NCBI GenBank assembly: GCA_047601445.1
Contig: JASGJH010000001.1
Coordinates: 5,184,001 to 5,248,000, forward strand
Reading direction: 5' to 3'
Length of the DNA: 64,000 nt
Origin: Myxococcales bacterium
GTDB lineage: Bacteria > Myxococcota_A > Polyangia > Polyangiales > DASUME01
The position numbers and the translations under genes were made by a program. Shown one piece after another: positions 48,749 through 58,258 of this stretch; position 1 is the first letter of the stretch; each line of letters starts with the position of its first letter. Under the pieces are notes generated by a model. It was not told the origin of the DNA. It did no database searches and saw only the letters and a list, made by a program, of their open reading frames with translations.

Positions 48749-50116
48749 ATGGCCATCAAGGTGCCGGACAAAGTGGCGTGGACCGAGGGGCTCTTGATGC
48801 TCCCTCAACACCTCCAGCAGCAGGACCGCTACCACGAAAACCTGCTGTCCACGCGTTTCGAGGCGCTCGACCCGCTCTCGTGGGGCGCCCTGCGCGTGGA
48901 TCTCGATCCACGCATGCTCAGCGAGGGCAGCGTGTCCCTCACGGCCTTCGAGGGCATCCTGCCCGACGGCACTCCGCTGTCCTTGGCCCCGGGTGCCCAG
49001 CGCCTGCCGCAGCCACGGGCCATCCAGAACCACTTTTCGCCGGCCAAGGCCGCGCTCGGCATCTACCTGGCGTTGCCCGAGGAGCGACCTGGCATCAACA
49101 ACTACAGCGAAGAAGCCGGCGCGCTGCGCTATCAGCTGCAGCGACAGAAACTGTTCGATGCGTCGCGCGACGATCGCGGTGAAGAAGTGAGCTTCGCCGC
49201 CCCCAACCCGCTGTTGCTCTTCGAAGACGAAGACCGCGGCGGCACCACGGCGCTCAAGATCGCCGAACTCACGCGCAACACGCGTGGTGAGCTCCAGATC
49301 TCCGACACCTATATCCCGCCGTGCCTGCGCATCAGCGCCTCGCCGGTCATCGCCAAACGACTGAGCCACCTGCTCACGCTGATGACTGCCCGACATCGCG
49401 CGCTCACGGTGGCGCGGCGCCAAACGGGCGAGGCACGCTCGGAGTTCAATGCCGCAGACGTCACGCGCTATCTCCTGCTCAATGCGCTCAACGCCATGTT
49501 CCCGAGCATCAACTATCTGGCGCACTCGGCCGACGTGTCCCCGCGCAGCGCGTTCCTCCTTCTCTCGCAGCTGGCGGGCCAGCTCGCCACCTTCTCCACC
49601 GACGTCGACGTCACGCGCCCGCTGCCGTTCGACTTCACCGATCTCGACGGCTCGTTTCGCCCCCTGTGCGACCTGATCGAGCAGCTCTTGTCCGCCACCG
49701 ACGCCGAGCGCTTCGCTACCTGTGCGCTGAGTCTCCACGAAGGCAGCCGTCACCACGGCGATCTCGCGGACTCTCGCTTCGAGAAGTGCGTGCGCTTCGT
49801 GGTCGCCCTGGAGAGCAAGCTGCCGCGGCCCCAGGCCGTTCAGGAGTTCGTGCAACGCGCCAAGGTGGCCTCCCACGATGACATGGACATCGTGCTCGCG
49901 TCGTCGGTGGGCGGCGTGGGTGTGACCGAGAGCTTGAGCCCTCCGCCGGAGCTACCCGTGCGCCCCGGCCTCGTGTACTTCGACCTTCCGGTGCGTCCGA
50001 ACGACGTGTACTGGAAGCACATCTGGAGCGACCGCAACATCGTGGTCTGGTTGCCCCCTACCCTGCAAAACGCACAGCCCAACGTGAAGCTGCTCGGCCT
50101 GTTCGGCAGCCGCTGA
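48749..50116 (+). CDS. tssK: Type VI secretion baseplate subunit TssK
   Basis: KVAWTEGLLMLPQHLQQQDRYHE, GILPDGT, YIPPCL, PPPELPVRPG.VYF. Confidence 0.93.
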   Translation: MAIKVPDKVAWTEGLLMLPQHLQQQDRYHENLLSTRFEALDPLSWGALRVDLDPRMLSEGSVSLTAFEGILPDGTPLSLAPGAQRLPQPRAIQNHFSPAKAALGIYLALPEERPGINNYSEEAGALRYQLQRQKLFDASRDDRGEEVSFAAPNPLLLFEDEDRGGTTALKIAELTRNTRGELQISDTYIPPCLRISASPVIAKRLSHLLTLMTARHRALTVARRQTGEARSEFNAADVTRYLLLNALNAMFPSINYLAHSADVSPRSAFLLLSQLAGQLATFSTDVDVTRPLPFDFTDLDGSFRPLCDLIEQLLSATDAERFATCALSLHEGSRHHGDLADSRFEKCVRFVVALESKLPRPQAVQEFVQRAKVASHDDMDIVLASSVGGVGVTESLSPPPELPVRPGLVYFDLPVRPNDVYWKHIWSDRNIVVWLPPTLQNAQPNVKLLGLFGSR

Positions 50117-50137
50117 GCGCTCGCGCTGCTGCGCCGT

Positions 50138-51526
50138 TCACCTGGGAATCCATACCTCGTAGAGGCGTCCATTGAGCTTACGGCGCTCGCGCTGGTGGCT
50201 CTGGGCGAAGCCCGAGAAGGCCCGCTCGGGAGGACGTGACACGGCCCAAATGGCGTAGTCCGGAAAATCACGGCGCAGACGCGAGCCATTCGCCATCAGA
50301 CCACCCCAGGTGTAGCCGAACCCGAGGCCGGTCTTGCCGTAGACACCGTGCTCGAACTTCAAGACGGGATCCCAGGAGTCCCCGAAGCCAGCTGCCAGCA
50401 TGTGCGGCGTCATCTGAGCCATGGCGCGATAGTCGGCGCGTTGCTCGACGAGTTGTGAGACTTCGTGCCGCACACCGCCGTAGCTGGGCCACAAGCTCAA
50501 GGGCAAAATCACCGCCACGGCCACGCAGCGCACGCGCTGCTCCAGGCGCACCAGGACCAGCACGGCGAAGCAAGCGAGCAGGCAGACCTGCGGCAGCTGC
50601 ACCGGCACGTCGAGGAAGCGATCGGCCCCGATCGTGGTGGCCACCAACGCCAATAGGACCCCGAGCGAGAGACCGCGCGAGCGTGCGTCGAAGAAGCCTG
50701 CCAGGACGCCCGCCAACCCGAGCGCGCACCAGTAGCTAGTCTGGTCCCTCACGAAGCGGGCGCTGCGCAGGACCTGGACCTCGAGATCGAACGGGTTGCG
50801 CCCGGCACGCAAGAGGCCGCGACCGCCGTGCACGTAGTCCTGCCATACCAGCAGCACCGCGGGGACATAGACGGCCAGGGCAGCCAGGCCGAACCACAGG
50901 ACCTCCAGACACAAGCGGCGCACCCAGCGCTCGCGCCCACTCTGCAAGACACCGAAAGCGAGCGCACCGAGCGGCATGGGAAGACACGTGGCGACCACGG
51001 GGGTAGTCAGCATCGCGACGCCGAACACGGCGCCGGCCCAGGCTTTTCGCCCGCAGATCGCGAGCGCCACGCTGCACAGCACCAATGCGCAGGCAGGTAC
51101 GTCCACTTCGCCCAGGACCGCGCCGCGCAAGTAGGCCCCCACCGAGAACAGCAGGGGAACGCTCACCAGGGCCCAGCGCTCGTGGTCGCTCAGCCTCCAC
51201 GTGATCACGTAGATGGCCGCTGCGCCGAGTGAAGCGCACAACAGCGCGAACAGGTTCATCGTGAGGTCGACATCGAAGGGTGAGATGGCGTTGAACAGGA
51301 AGCCCAACGTCATGTACCCGACGTGCGTCGTGCGGCCGCCGAGGTCCCCGCTCTCGATCTGCTGGTTGTACACTGCCGCATCGCCGTTCTGGACGACCGA
51401 GTGCAACAGGAACAGGTTGACCAACAACGCAGCGAGCGCGACCAGGCAGGCAGATCGTCGCACGCCCGTGAAGCGAGGAAAAGACACCGGCGCTGGATAG
51501 CAAATCCTGGCCCAGAGGTCGATCAT
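50138..51526 (-). CDS. Polytopic membrane protein, GT-C/ArnT-like glycosyltransferase candidate
   Basis: Many TM helices; NGDAAVY...THVGY in the first loop; GEVD motif. Confidence 0.5.
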   Translation of the reverse strand: MIDLWARICYPAPVSFPRFTGVRRSACLVALAALLVNLFLLHSVVQNGDAAVYNQQIESGDLGGRTTHVGYMTLGFLFNAISPFDVDLTMNLFALLCASLGAAAIYVITWRLSDHERWALVSVPLLFSVGAYLRGAVLGEVDVPACALVLCSVALAICGRKAWAGAVFGVAMLTTPVVATCLPMPLGALAFGVLQSGRERWVRRLCLEVLWFGLAALAVYVPAVLLVWQDYVHGGRGLLRAGRNPFDLEVQVLRSARFVRDQTSYWCALGLAGVLAGFFDARSRGLSLGVLLALVATTIGADRFLDVPVQLPQVCLLACFAVLVLVRLEQRVRCVAVAVILPLSLWPSYGGVRHEVSQLVEQRADYRAMAQMTPHMLAAGFGDSWDPVLKFEHGVYGKTGLGFGYTWGGLMANGSRLRRDFPDYAIWAVSRPPERAFSGFAQSHQRERRKLNGRLYEVWIPR

Positions 51527-51634
51527 ACCTCGAGCTCGTCTCCCCGCACTCCACGGGCAGATGCGTGACTCGGTGGCGGGTAGAAAGGTCTTCGTCTCGA
51601 GCCTGCCGGGGGTAGGCTAGTCCGCGAGGTCCAA

Positions 51635-52684
51635 ATGCAACCGAGCCTCCCAGCGGGACTACAGAGGACAATCGAAAAATGGGTGGGACGCCATCGCCAC
51701 CTCATCCCCATTCGAGGTGGACAACATTCGACGTATCGCGTGGTGGGGCGACGTAGTGCCATCGTCAAGGTATTCCCTGCCGACCATGTTGGGTTTCATG
51801 TGGAGCGTCGCACGCTGCAGCTGCTCGCTGGCCGACGCGGTATCCCGCATTTGTATGCGAGCGGAAAGAATGCGTCGTTCGCGTTTCTACTGGTTTCCTG
51901 CATCGCTGGCGAATCCATCGCTCACGCGTTTTCGACTGCGGGCTTCCCTCGGGCGCGGGCGCTGACGAACGCAAGTGAAAAGCTGGCGAGGACCCATGAG
52001 TTGCTCCGCGGTTTGTCGCCCAGACAGCAACGCAGCTTTCCAGTGGACTCCCTCGCGGAGATTTCGACGAGTGTAACGAGCTTCATGGACGCCTTCTCCA
52101 GCGCGGCCCTCAACGCGGAGCGCTTCTTGGGAGCTCGGCGCTTGCGCGATGTTCTCAAGGTCGTCCACCGCCATGCGCCGCTTCTCGTCCAGGTGCACGA
52201 ACATCGTCAGGTCATTCACGGGGACTACCAGCCGCGCAACGTTCTTGCGGACCAGGAGGGGAGAATTCGGGGTGTCGTTGACTGGGAAATGGCGCGCCAA
52301 GCCACGCCGCTCTGCGACATCGCCATGTTGCTCCGATATTGTGACTCGGTTCGCGCCGAACGTGATGTGTTGCTCGCCTATGCCGGGCTATCTCTGTCGG
52401 CGAACGAAGCTCGGCTCGCGGCTCGTTGTTACGACCTCGCCAAGGTGACACTGGGCATGAGCAAGGCTCCCGCGTGGACTTCCGATGCACGAACATGGAT
52501 CCACTACATCGACGGGTGCCTCGACTATGTTCGTCGTGGCTCGACTGCGCGTAGCAGGCGCGCCGCGCGAGACCTACTCCTGTATCAGAGCGAGGGGCAA
52601 GCACAGGCGCAGGTGGAACCTCGTGCGCGACCTCAACGCGCCTTGGCGCGCGCCAGCGCACTGCGCAGCAGTCCCGGCGCATAG
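51635..52684 (+). CDS. Aminoglycoside phosphotransferase/choline kinase-like phosphotransferase
   Basis: GGQHSTY, IVKV, IHGDYQPRNVL, GVVDWE, CDIA. Confidence 0.85.
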   Translation: MQPSLPAGLQRTIEKWVGRHRHLIPIRGGQHSTYRVVGRRSAIVKVFPADHVGFHVERRTLQLLAGRRGIPHLYASGKNASFAFLLVSCIAGESIAHAFSTAGFPRARALTNASEKLARTHELLRGLSPRQQRSFPVDSLAEISTSVTSFMDAFSSAALNAERFLGARRLRDVLKVVHRHAPLLVQVHEHRQVIHGDYQPRNVLADQEGRIRGVVDWEMARQATPLCDIAMLLRYCDSVRAERDVLLAYAGLSLSANEARLAARCYDLAKVTLGMSKAPAWTSDARTWIHYIDGCLDYVRRGSTARSRRAARDLLLYQSEGQAQAQVEPRARPQRALARASALRSSPGA

Positions 52685-53430
52685 CGATTCAAATACACGC
52701 CAAGGCTCTCCCACTTGGCCACGTAGATCTCGTGCTTGTCCCGGTCGAGCGCAGCCAGCGTCCGTGCTGCACAGTCCGCTGGCGTGAGTCCATTCTCCTG
52801 GCCCGCGTCGACCACACCATGCGCGCGGCCGTCCGCCTCCATGGCGTGCAGAGAAAACTCGGTATTGACGTGGCCGGGGCACACCAGGAGTACGTGGATG
52901 CCCTTCTCCGTGAGCTCCGCGCGCAGGCCGTTGAAGTAGCCGTGCAGGGCGTGCTTGGACGCGCTGTAGCCGGCGCGGTGCTTCACGCTCATCAGACCGA
53001 GCACGCTGCTCATCACCACGAAGGTCCCCTGGCCGCGCGCCACCATCTCGGGCAAGAGGGCCTTGGTCAGCGCCACCGGACCGAGATAGTTGGTCTCGAG
53101 CATCCTGCGCTCGACCTCGAAGGTGGTCTCGAGCACCGAGCCACGCTGCCCCACACCCGCGTTGTGAACCATCACGTCGATGGGCCCGATCAGACGCGCT
53201 GCCTCACGCGCCTTGTCGGGCAGCCCCGCGAAATCCGCCATGTCGAGCGGCAGGACCTGCACTTCGCCGGCGTCTGGGGCGCAGGCGCGGGCGACTTGCT
53301 CCAGACGGTCCACGCGCCGCGCGGACAACAAGAGCTTCGCGCCGCGCTTGGCGAACGCGCGCGCCAGGGCCTCGCCGATGCCCGATGAGGCGCCCGTAAT
53401 CCAGACCGTCTTCCCTGCGTAGTCCAACAT
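52633..53430 (-). CDS. Short-chain dehydrogenase/reductase
   Basis: TGASSGIG, HNAG, YSASK, CPG.V.T. Confidence 0.95.
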   Translation of the reverse strand: MLDYAGKTVWITGASSGIGEALARAFAKRGAKLLLSARRVDRLEQVARACAPDAGEVQVLPLDMADFAGLPDKAREAARLIGPIDVMVHNAGVGQRGSVLETTFEVERRMLETNYLGPVALTKALLPEMVARGQGTFVVMSSVLGLMSVKHRAGYSASKHALHGYFNGLRAELTEKGIHVLLVCPGHVNTEFSLHAMEADGRAHGVVDAGQENGLTPADCAARTLAALDRDKHEIYVAKWESLGVYLNRYAPGLLRSALARAKAR

Positions 53431-53564
53431 GGCCGCGGGTGTACCACGGCGGACGCGGCGCGCCGCCCTGGCGCGGGAATCGGCCCGGCCGCCCAGATTT
53501 CACACCAATGCGGCGACCTGGGGCCCGCCTCGGTCGACGACCCCCGGCCACTCGACTGACCGCC

Positions 53565-53753
53565 CTAGCCGCCGAAGCTCACCTTGGAGATCCAGCTGAT
53601 CGCGAGGGTGGTCAGGGCGATGATGACGGGCGCCAACATGAACAGACCGAAGTTCGGCTCGGGATGTGACTCGCTCACAGCGCGGTGGGCGCCACGCTGA
53701 TCGGCCGAGGGGGTATGGGCGATGTGCGGAAACGAGACACGATGGGTGGCCAT
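53565..53753 (-). CDS. Small hypothetical membrane peptide (62 aa)
   Basis: Strong GAGGAGG RBS before ATG 53753; C-terminal TM FGLFMLAPVIIALTTLAISWI. Confidence 0.5.
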   Translation of the reverse strand: MATHRVSFPHIAHTPSADQRGAHRAVSESHPEPNFGLFMLAPVIIALTTLAISWISKVSFGG

Positions 53754-53890
53754 GATGTTCCTCCTCACTTCACTGCTGGGCGCTCTGGCTGTGACAGGTC
53801 AGGTCCTCATTCGCGTCCATGTGTGACGATTTTGTAGACGCAACCGCGCCGTCCTGAGCACCGCTCAAGTGCGCAGGACAGCGTTGGCCG

Positions 53891-54712
53891 CTAGGCCACG
53901 GCCTCGAGACGAGCCCGCAGCTTATCGCGTGCCCCCGCGAGGATCTGTCCGGCGCGCTGGCGTGACACGCCCAGGGCGCGCCCCACGTCGGCCAGACTCT
54001 TGCCGTCTTCACGAAAGAATTGCTCGTGAACCACGGCACGTTCGCGCTCGGACAGCCCGGTTAGCGCCACCTTGATGGAGCCTTCGCAGGCCGCCTGATG
54101 TTCAGCGTCTGCCACGGCCTGCTCTGGCGAAGCCGTGTCGTCTGCCAAGTCGAGCGTCCCACCACCACCAGACGGATCCTCAGTGGTCAGCGACACGTCT
54201 CGTGAGCTCAGAGACACTTCCACGAGCTCCACGTCGTGCTCCGCCACACCGAGCTCCTCGGCGAGCTCCGCGCGCGTGGGTTTGCGACCATAGCGCTGAG
54301 ACAACATGCGCTCGGTCTGCCTCAGTCGAGCTCGCGCGATGCGGGCGCCTCGCGTGGAGGGCCCCCCCACGATGCGCCGATTGGCCAGGGCGTAGCGACG
54401 AACGCATGCCCGGACCCACCACGCGGAATAGCTCGCAAAACGCGCGTCATGCGCCAGATCGAAACGGCGCACGGCTTCCATCAAGCCAAGCACACCCTCG
54501 CTCACGAGGTCGTGGGCACTCAGCCCTTCTCGCGCGTAGCGCGAGGCGACCTGCACCACGAGGCGCATGTGGCTCTCTACGAGGTCGTGCACGGCGCGCT
54601 GGTCACCGACCTGTGCGCGCTCCAGCAGTCCTCGTTCGACTTCCGCGCTCAGCAGGGGTTTTTCGCGCGCTTTGTGGCGGTAGCGTCCCCAATCGACGTC
54701 GGTATCGTGCAC
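53891..54712 (-). CDS. Sigma-70 family alternative sigma factor, RpoH/sigma32-like
   Basis: LVESHMRLVV..A..Y, DLVSEG.LGLMEAVRRFD, RFASYSAWWVRA, region 4 LGVSRQRA.QI; AAGGAGG RBS before GTG 54712. Confidence 0.9.
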   Translation of the reverse strand: MHDTDVDWGRYRHKAREKPLLSAEVERGLLERAQVGDQRAVHDLVESHMRLVVQVASRYAREGLSAHDLVSEGVLGLMEAVRRFDLAHDARFASYSAWWVRACVRRYALANRRIVGGPSTRGARIARARLRQTERMLSQRYGRKPTRAELAEELGVAEHDVELVEVSLSSRDVSLTTEDPSGGGGTLDLADDTASPEQAVADAEHQAACEGSIKVALTGLSERERAVVHEQFFREDGKSLADVGRALGVSRQRAGQILAGARDKLRARLEAVA

Positions 54713-54740
54713 TGGGCCTCCCTCCTTGGCAGCGCAGACT

Positions 54741-54756
54741 TGCACCACGCGTGCCA
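54741..54756 (-). promoter_or_regulatory. sigma54-type -24/-12 promoter for the sigma factor gene
   Basis: TGGCACGCGTGGTGCA (GG-N10-GC) about 30 nt upstream of the start. Confidence 0.6.
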
Positions 54757-54783
54757 CCCCAAATCGTTCTCATTCAGAGCGGA

Positions 54784-55221
54784 TCAATGCACCGTCAGCA
54801 CAGGTGTTTGACTCGCTCTCAAAACGCGTTGCGAAACACTCCCAAGCAACATGCGCTCCACCGCACCTTTGCCCGTGGATCCCAAACAGACCACATCGGC
54901 GCCTATTTCTCGCGCCATGCTCGCGATGCGCTTCGCAGGCTCGCCTCTGACGACATGGCGCGTCACGACGTGATCGCCGACTACACCGCGCACCGCGCGA
55001 TCCAACTCCGTGTCGAGAAAGCGCAGATAACGCTCGAGTTGCTCGGGTGCGGGCCACGGCAGACCTAGCGTGGGATCGCTGTGGCCGTCGTAGATATCCG
55101 GGTGCACATGCATCACGTCCAATGACGCGCCTACCTGATCTGCGAGGTCGCTGGCGAAGGCCAGAGCGCGGTTGGCAGGCTCGGAAAAATCGTGAGCTAC
55201 CAAAATCTTCTTGGGCAGCAT
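54784..55221 (-). CDS. Universal stress protein
   Basis: KKILVAHDFS, GEPA..I, GSTG...MLLGSVSQRVLR...PVLTV. Confidence 0.95.
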   Translation of the reverse strand: MLPKKILVAHDFSEPANRALAFASDLADQVGASLDVMHVHPDIYDGHSDPTLGLPWPAPEQLERYLRFLDTELDRAVRGVVGDHVVTRHVVRGEPAKRIASMAREIGADVVCLGSTGKGAVERMLLGSVSQRVLRASQTPVLTVH

Positions 55222-55301
55222 GAGGTTTCTCCTGGTGAGGTCGAGAGGCGACACTGGGGCGAGAACGCCTGCGGCGAAACACGACAACGCCCGATGGATC
55301 G

Positions 55302-55317
55302 AGCAAGCCCCGAGCCA
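55302..55317 (-). promoter_or_regulatory. sigma54-type promoter for the USP gene
   Basis: TGGCTCGGGGCTTGCT on the minus strand (GG-N10-GC). Confidence 0.5.
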
Positions 55318-55365
55318 GCAGCATCTTGTGTGCAGGCCTCGCCCGCATGAGGCGGGCATGACGCG

Positions 55366-55381
55366 TGGCATGAGGCGTGCT
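55366..55381 (+). promoter_or_regulatory. sigma54-type promoter for the CBS-hemerythrin gene
   Basis: TGGCATGAGGCGTGCT (GG-N10-GC). Confidence 0.55.
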
Positions 55382-55465
55382 CGTCGTTTTCGAGCACGCA
55401 CTCCGGTGCGAGCTGCGCTGATGAAGGTGCAGCGCTCACCGCGAGGTTCAAACGGAGGCAGCCAC

Positions 55466-56353
55466 ATGGGACGGCAACCACAAGTCTGCGACTACATGAC
55501 CGTCGCGCCGCATTCGGTGGGCCTCGATCAGAGTCTGGCCACCGCGGTGCGCAGAATGCACGAACACAAACTGCGCCATCTCCCGGTGCTCGAAGGAGGC
55601 GCGCTGCGGGGCATCATCTCGGAGCGAGACGTGGCCCTGGCTGAATCGTTCGGACTCGATCCGAGCCAGGTGAGCGTCGAGGAGGCGATGACGGCCGAGC
55701 CATACACGGTCACGCCGAACGCGCCGCTCGGGCACGTCGCGCGGGCCATGGCCGCACACAAGTATGGCTGCGCGGTGGTCACCGAGGGCACGGAGCTGCG
55801 TGGGATCCTCACCACCACGGACGCCATGCGCGCCCTGGCCGATACGCTCGAGCGCCAAGAGGACTCGGACTCCGACAATCTGCCTCCCAGTCAGGTCTGC
55901 GAGCTCATGCGCACCGAGCACACCAACATCCGCACGCTCCTCGACCGTGCCGACGACCACGCGCAGGAGGTGCTCTCGGGAAACGCTTCGGATCAACGTG
56001 ACGTGGAGCGTGGCGTGCACGCGCTGCGCGATGCGGCGCGACAGCTCTACACCTGCTTGTCGGCCCACATCGAGCTCGAAAACCGCGTGCTGGCGCCTGC
56101 ACTCAAGCAAACCGATGCCTGGGGCCCCATGCGGGCCGATGGCCTGCTCAGCTGTCACGCCGAGCAGAAACGAGCCCTGGAGGGCGCCCTGATGGAGCTC
56201 GACGACCTGACCCAACCGGCGACCGCCCTGGCCAGCCACGTCGAAGCGCTGATCCAAAGCATCCGCGACGACCTCGACAACGAAGAGGAGACGCTGCTCT
56301 CACCGGAGCTGCTGCGGGACGACCCCATCATCGAGAACGCCGAGACCGACTGA
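55466..56353 (+). CDS. CBS-pair + hemerythrin-like domain protein
   Basis: GGAGG RBS; RHLPV..GIISERD and GILTTTD (CBS); EH...HIELE...H..Q...EE (hemerythrin-like). Confidence 0.88.
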   Translation: MGRQPQVCDYMTVAPHSVGLDQSLATAVRRMHEHKLRHLPVLEGGALRGIISERDVALAESFGLDPSQVSVEEAMTAEPYTVTPNAPLGHVARAMAAHKYGCAVVTEGTELRGILTTTDAMRALADTLERQEDSDSDNLPPSQVCELMRTEHTNIRTLLDRADDHAQEVLSGNASDQRDVERGVHALRDAARQLYTCLSAHIELENRVLAPALKQTDAWGPMRADGLLSCHAEQKRALEGALMELDDLTQPATALASHVEALIQSIRDDLDNEEETLLSPELLRDDPIIENAETD

Positions 56354-56632
56354 GACGATGCACCCGCGCCCCCTCGGTCATCGGCGGACTTCGGAGACCG
56401 GCCTGCCGCCCGCCAACTTGCTTGGTCCAAGGGTTCCGGATCATTTATTGTTTTTTCGGTTCGATATTGGAAATAGGCTGACCTCGAGCCGCGTTGGCGG
56501 CTAGGGACGGCTCGAGAAACGCCCCCTTTCCGGGTTCGCAACGTGCACATAACCAGATGAATTGATTTGCCAATATTCGACATGTCGCGTGGGAACCTGC
56601 GGGCCTCTCAGCGGCCGACCGATTGGGGAAGC

Positions 56633-58258
56633 ATGGGCTCCACGAACGAAAGTCTGACCACCACCGGCACATCGTCCTCGACGCCCCGCGGCTCGGCTCG
56701 CGCCGCCCGGGCGAGCGCCCTCAGCACCCCGAGTCCCAGCGACCTCAAGTCCGGGCTCATCGTCTTCTTGGTCGCGCTGCCACTATGCCTCGGCGTGGCG
56801 ACCGCCTCCGGAGCCCCCCCGCTGGCAGGTCTGATCGCTGGCGTGGTTGGCGGCACCTTGGTCGGGCTCGCGAGTGGCTCTGCCCTGAGTGTCTCCGGGC
56901 CGGCCGCGGGTCTCACCGTGATCGTGCTGGACGGCATCACCCGCCTGGGCATGCCGGCTTTTCTGATGGCCACGCTGCTCGGGGGCGGCATCCAGCTCAC
57001 GCTCGGCGCGCTGCGGCTCGGGCGCTTCGCGCAGCTGGTGCCCAACGTGGTGATCCGCGGGATGCTGGCGGCCATCGGGCTCATCTTGTTGCTCAAGCAA
57101 TTGCCTCACGCTGTCGGCTACGACGCCGACCCCGAAGGCGACTTCGCGTTCGAGCAGCTCGATGGACACAATACCTTTTCCGAGCTGTTCTATTCGCTGG
57201 CCGGCGGAGAGCTGCCCGGCGCCGTGATCGTGAGCGTGTTTGCCGGGCTCGCGATCTGGCTATGGCGCGACTACCGCAACCTGCCGCTGCGCAGCTTCGT
57301 GCCGCGCGAGCTGTTCGCGGTGCTGGTCGGTGTGGTGTGCACGATGCTGCTCACCGGCACACCCTTCGAGCTCAGCCCCGAGCACCGCGTGAGCATTCCG
57401 CGTCTGGGCGAAGTGGGTGGACTCAAGGGGCTGTGGACCTCGCCCGATCTCGCAGCGATCGGGCGGCTCGACGTGTGGCGCACGGCCTTCACGCTGGCGA
57501 TGGTGGCCAGCATCGAATCCTTGCTCTGCGTGGAGGCCACCGACCGCATCGACCCGCTTCATCGCGCGAGCTCACCCAACCGCGAGCTGCTTGCCCAGGG
57601 CCTCGGCAATGCGGCCTCGGGAGCGCTGGGCGGTCTCCCTGTAACGGCCGTCGTGGTGCGGAGCTTTGCCAACGTGCAAGCGGGCGCCAAGAGCCGCTGG
57701 TCGACCGTGACCCACGGTGTGCTGCTCGGGCTGGCTACGCTGTTTGCCGCGCACCTGCTCAACTTCATCCCGCTTGCCGCCCTGGCCGTCGTGCTGATGG
57801 TGGTGGGCTACAAGCTCACGCCGCCCAAGCTCTACCGCGAGATCTGGGAGCTCGGCACCGCGCAGTTCTTCCCGTTCATCACCACCGTACTCGCCATCCT
57901 GCTGACCGACCTGCTCACCGGGACCCTGCTCGGCATCGGCTTTTCGGTGTTCTTCGTGCTCTGGGGTCAGTATCGCTCGGCCATCGTGGTCACCGACGAC
58001 GGCGAGTACCGCATGATCCGCTTCATCTCCAGCGTGTCGTTCCTGCACAAGCCACGCTTGCGCGAGGCCCTCGAAACGGCCGCGCCCGGTACCCAGATCA
58101 TCCTCGATGGGACGCGGGCCCACGCGGTCGATCCCGACATCATGGACACCATCCGCGAATTCGAGGCCGTCGCGCAGGGCCGCGGAGTCACGCTCTCGAT
58201 CACCCGAACCCGCACCGCGCTACACGGGTTCTTTCGCGAAGACGAGGCGCGCGCATGA
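56633..58258 (+). CDS. SulP family anion (bicarbonate/sulfate) transporter
   Basis: DLKSGLIVFLVALPLCLG.A.ASGAP, VSGPAAG, NRELLAQG.GN, GGLPVT.V.VRS. Confidence 0.95.
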   Translation: MGSTNESLTTTGTSSSTPRGSARAARASALSTPSPSDLKSGLIVFLVALPLCLGVATASGAPPLAGLIAGVVGGTLVGLASGSALSVSGPAAGLTVIVLDGITRLGMPAFLMATLLGGGIQLTLGALRLGRFAQLVPNVVIRGMLAAIGLILLLKQLPHAVGYDADPEGDFAFEQLDGHNTFSELFYSLAGGELPGAVIVSVFAGLAIWLWRDYRNLPLRSFVPRELFAVLVGVVCTMLLTGTPFELSPEHRVSIPRLGEVGGLKGLWTSPDLAAIGRLDVWRTAFTLAMVASIESLLCVEATDRIDPLHRASSPNRELLAQGLGNAASGALGGLPVTAVVVRSFANVQAGAKSRWSTVTHGVLLGLATLFAAHLLNFIPLAALAVVLMVVGYKLTPPKLYREIWELGTAQFFPFITTVLAILLTDLLTGTLLGIGFSVFFVLWGQYRSAIVVTDDGEYRMIRFISSVSFLHKPRLREALETAAPGTQIILDGTRAHAVDPDIMDTIREFEAVAQGRGVTLSITRTRTALHGFFREDEARA

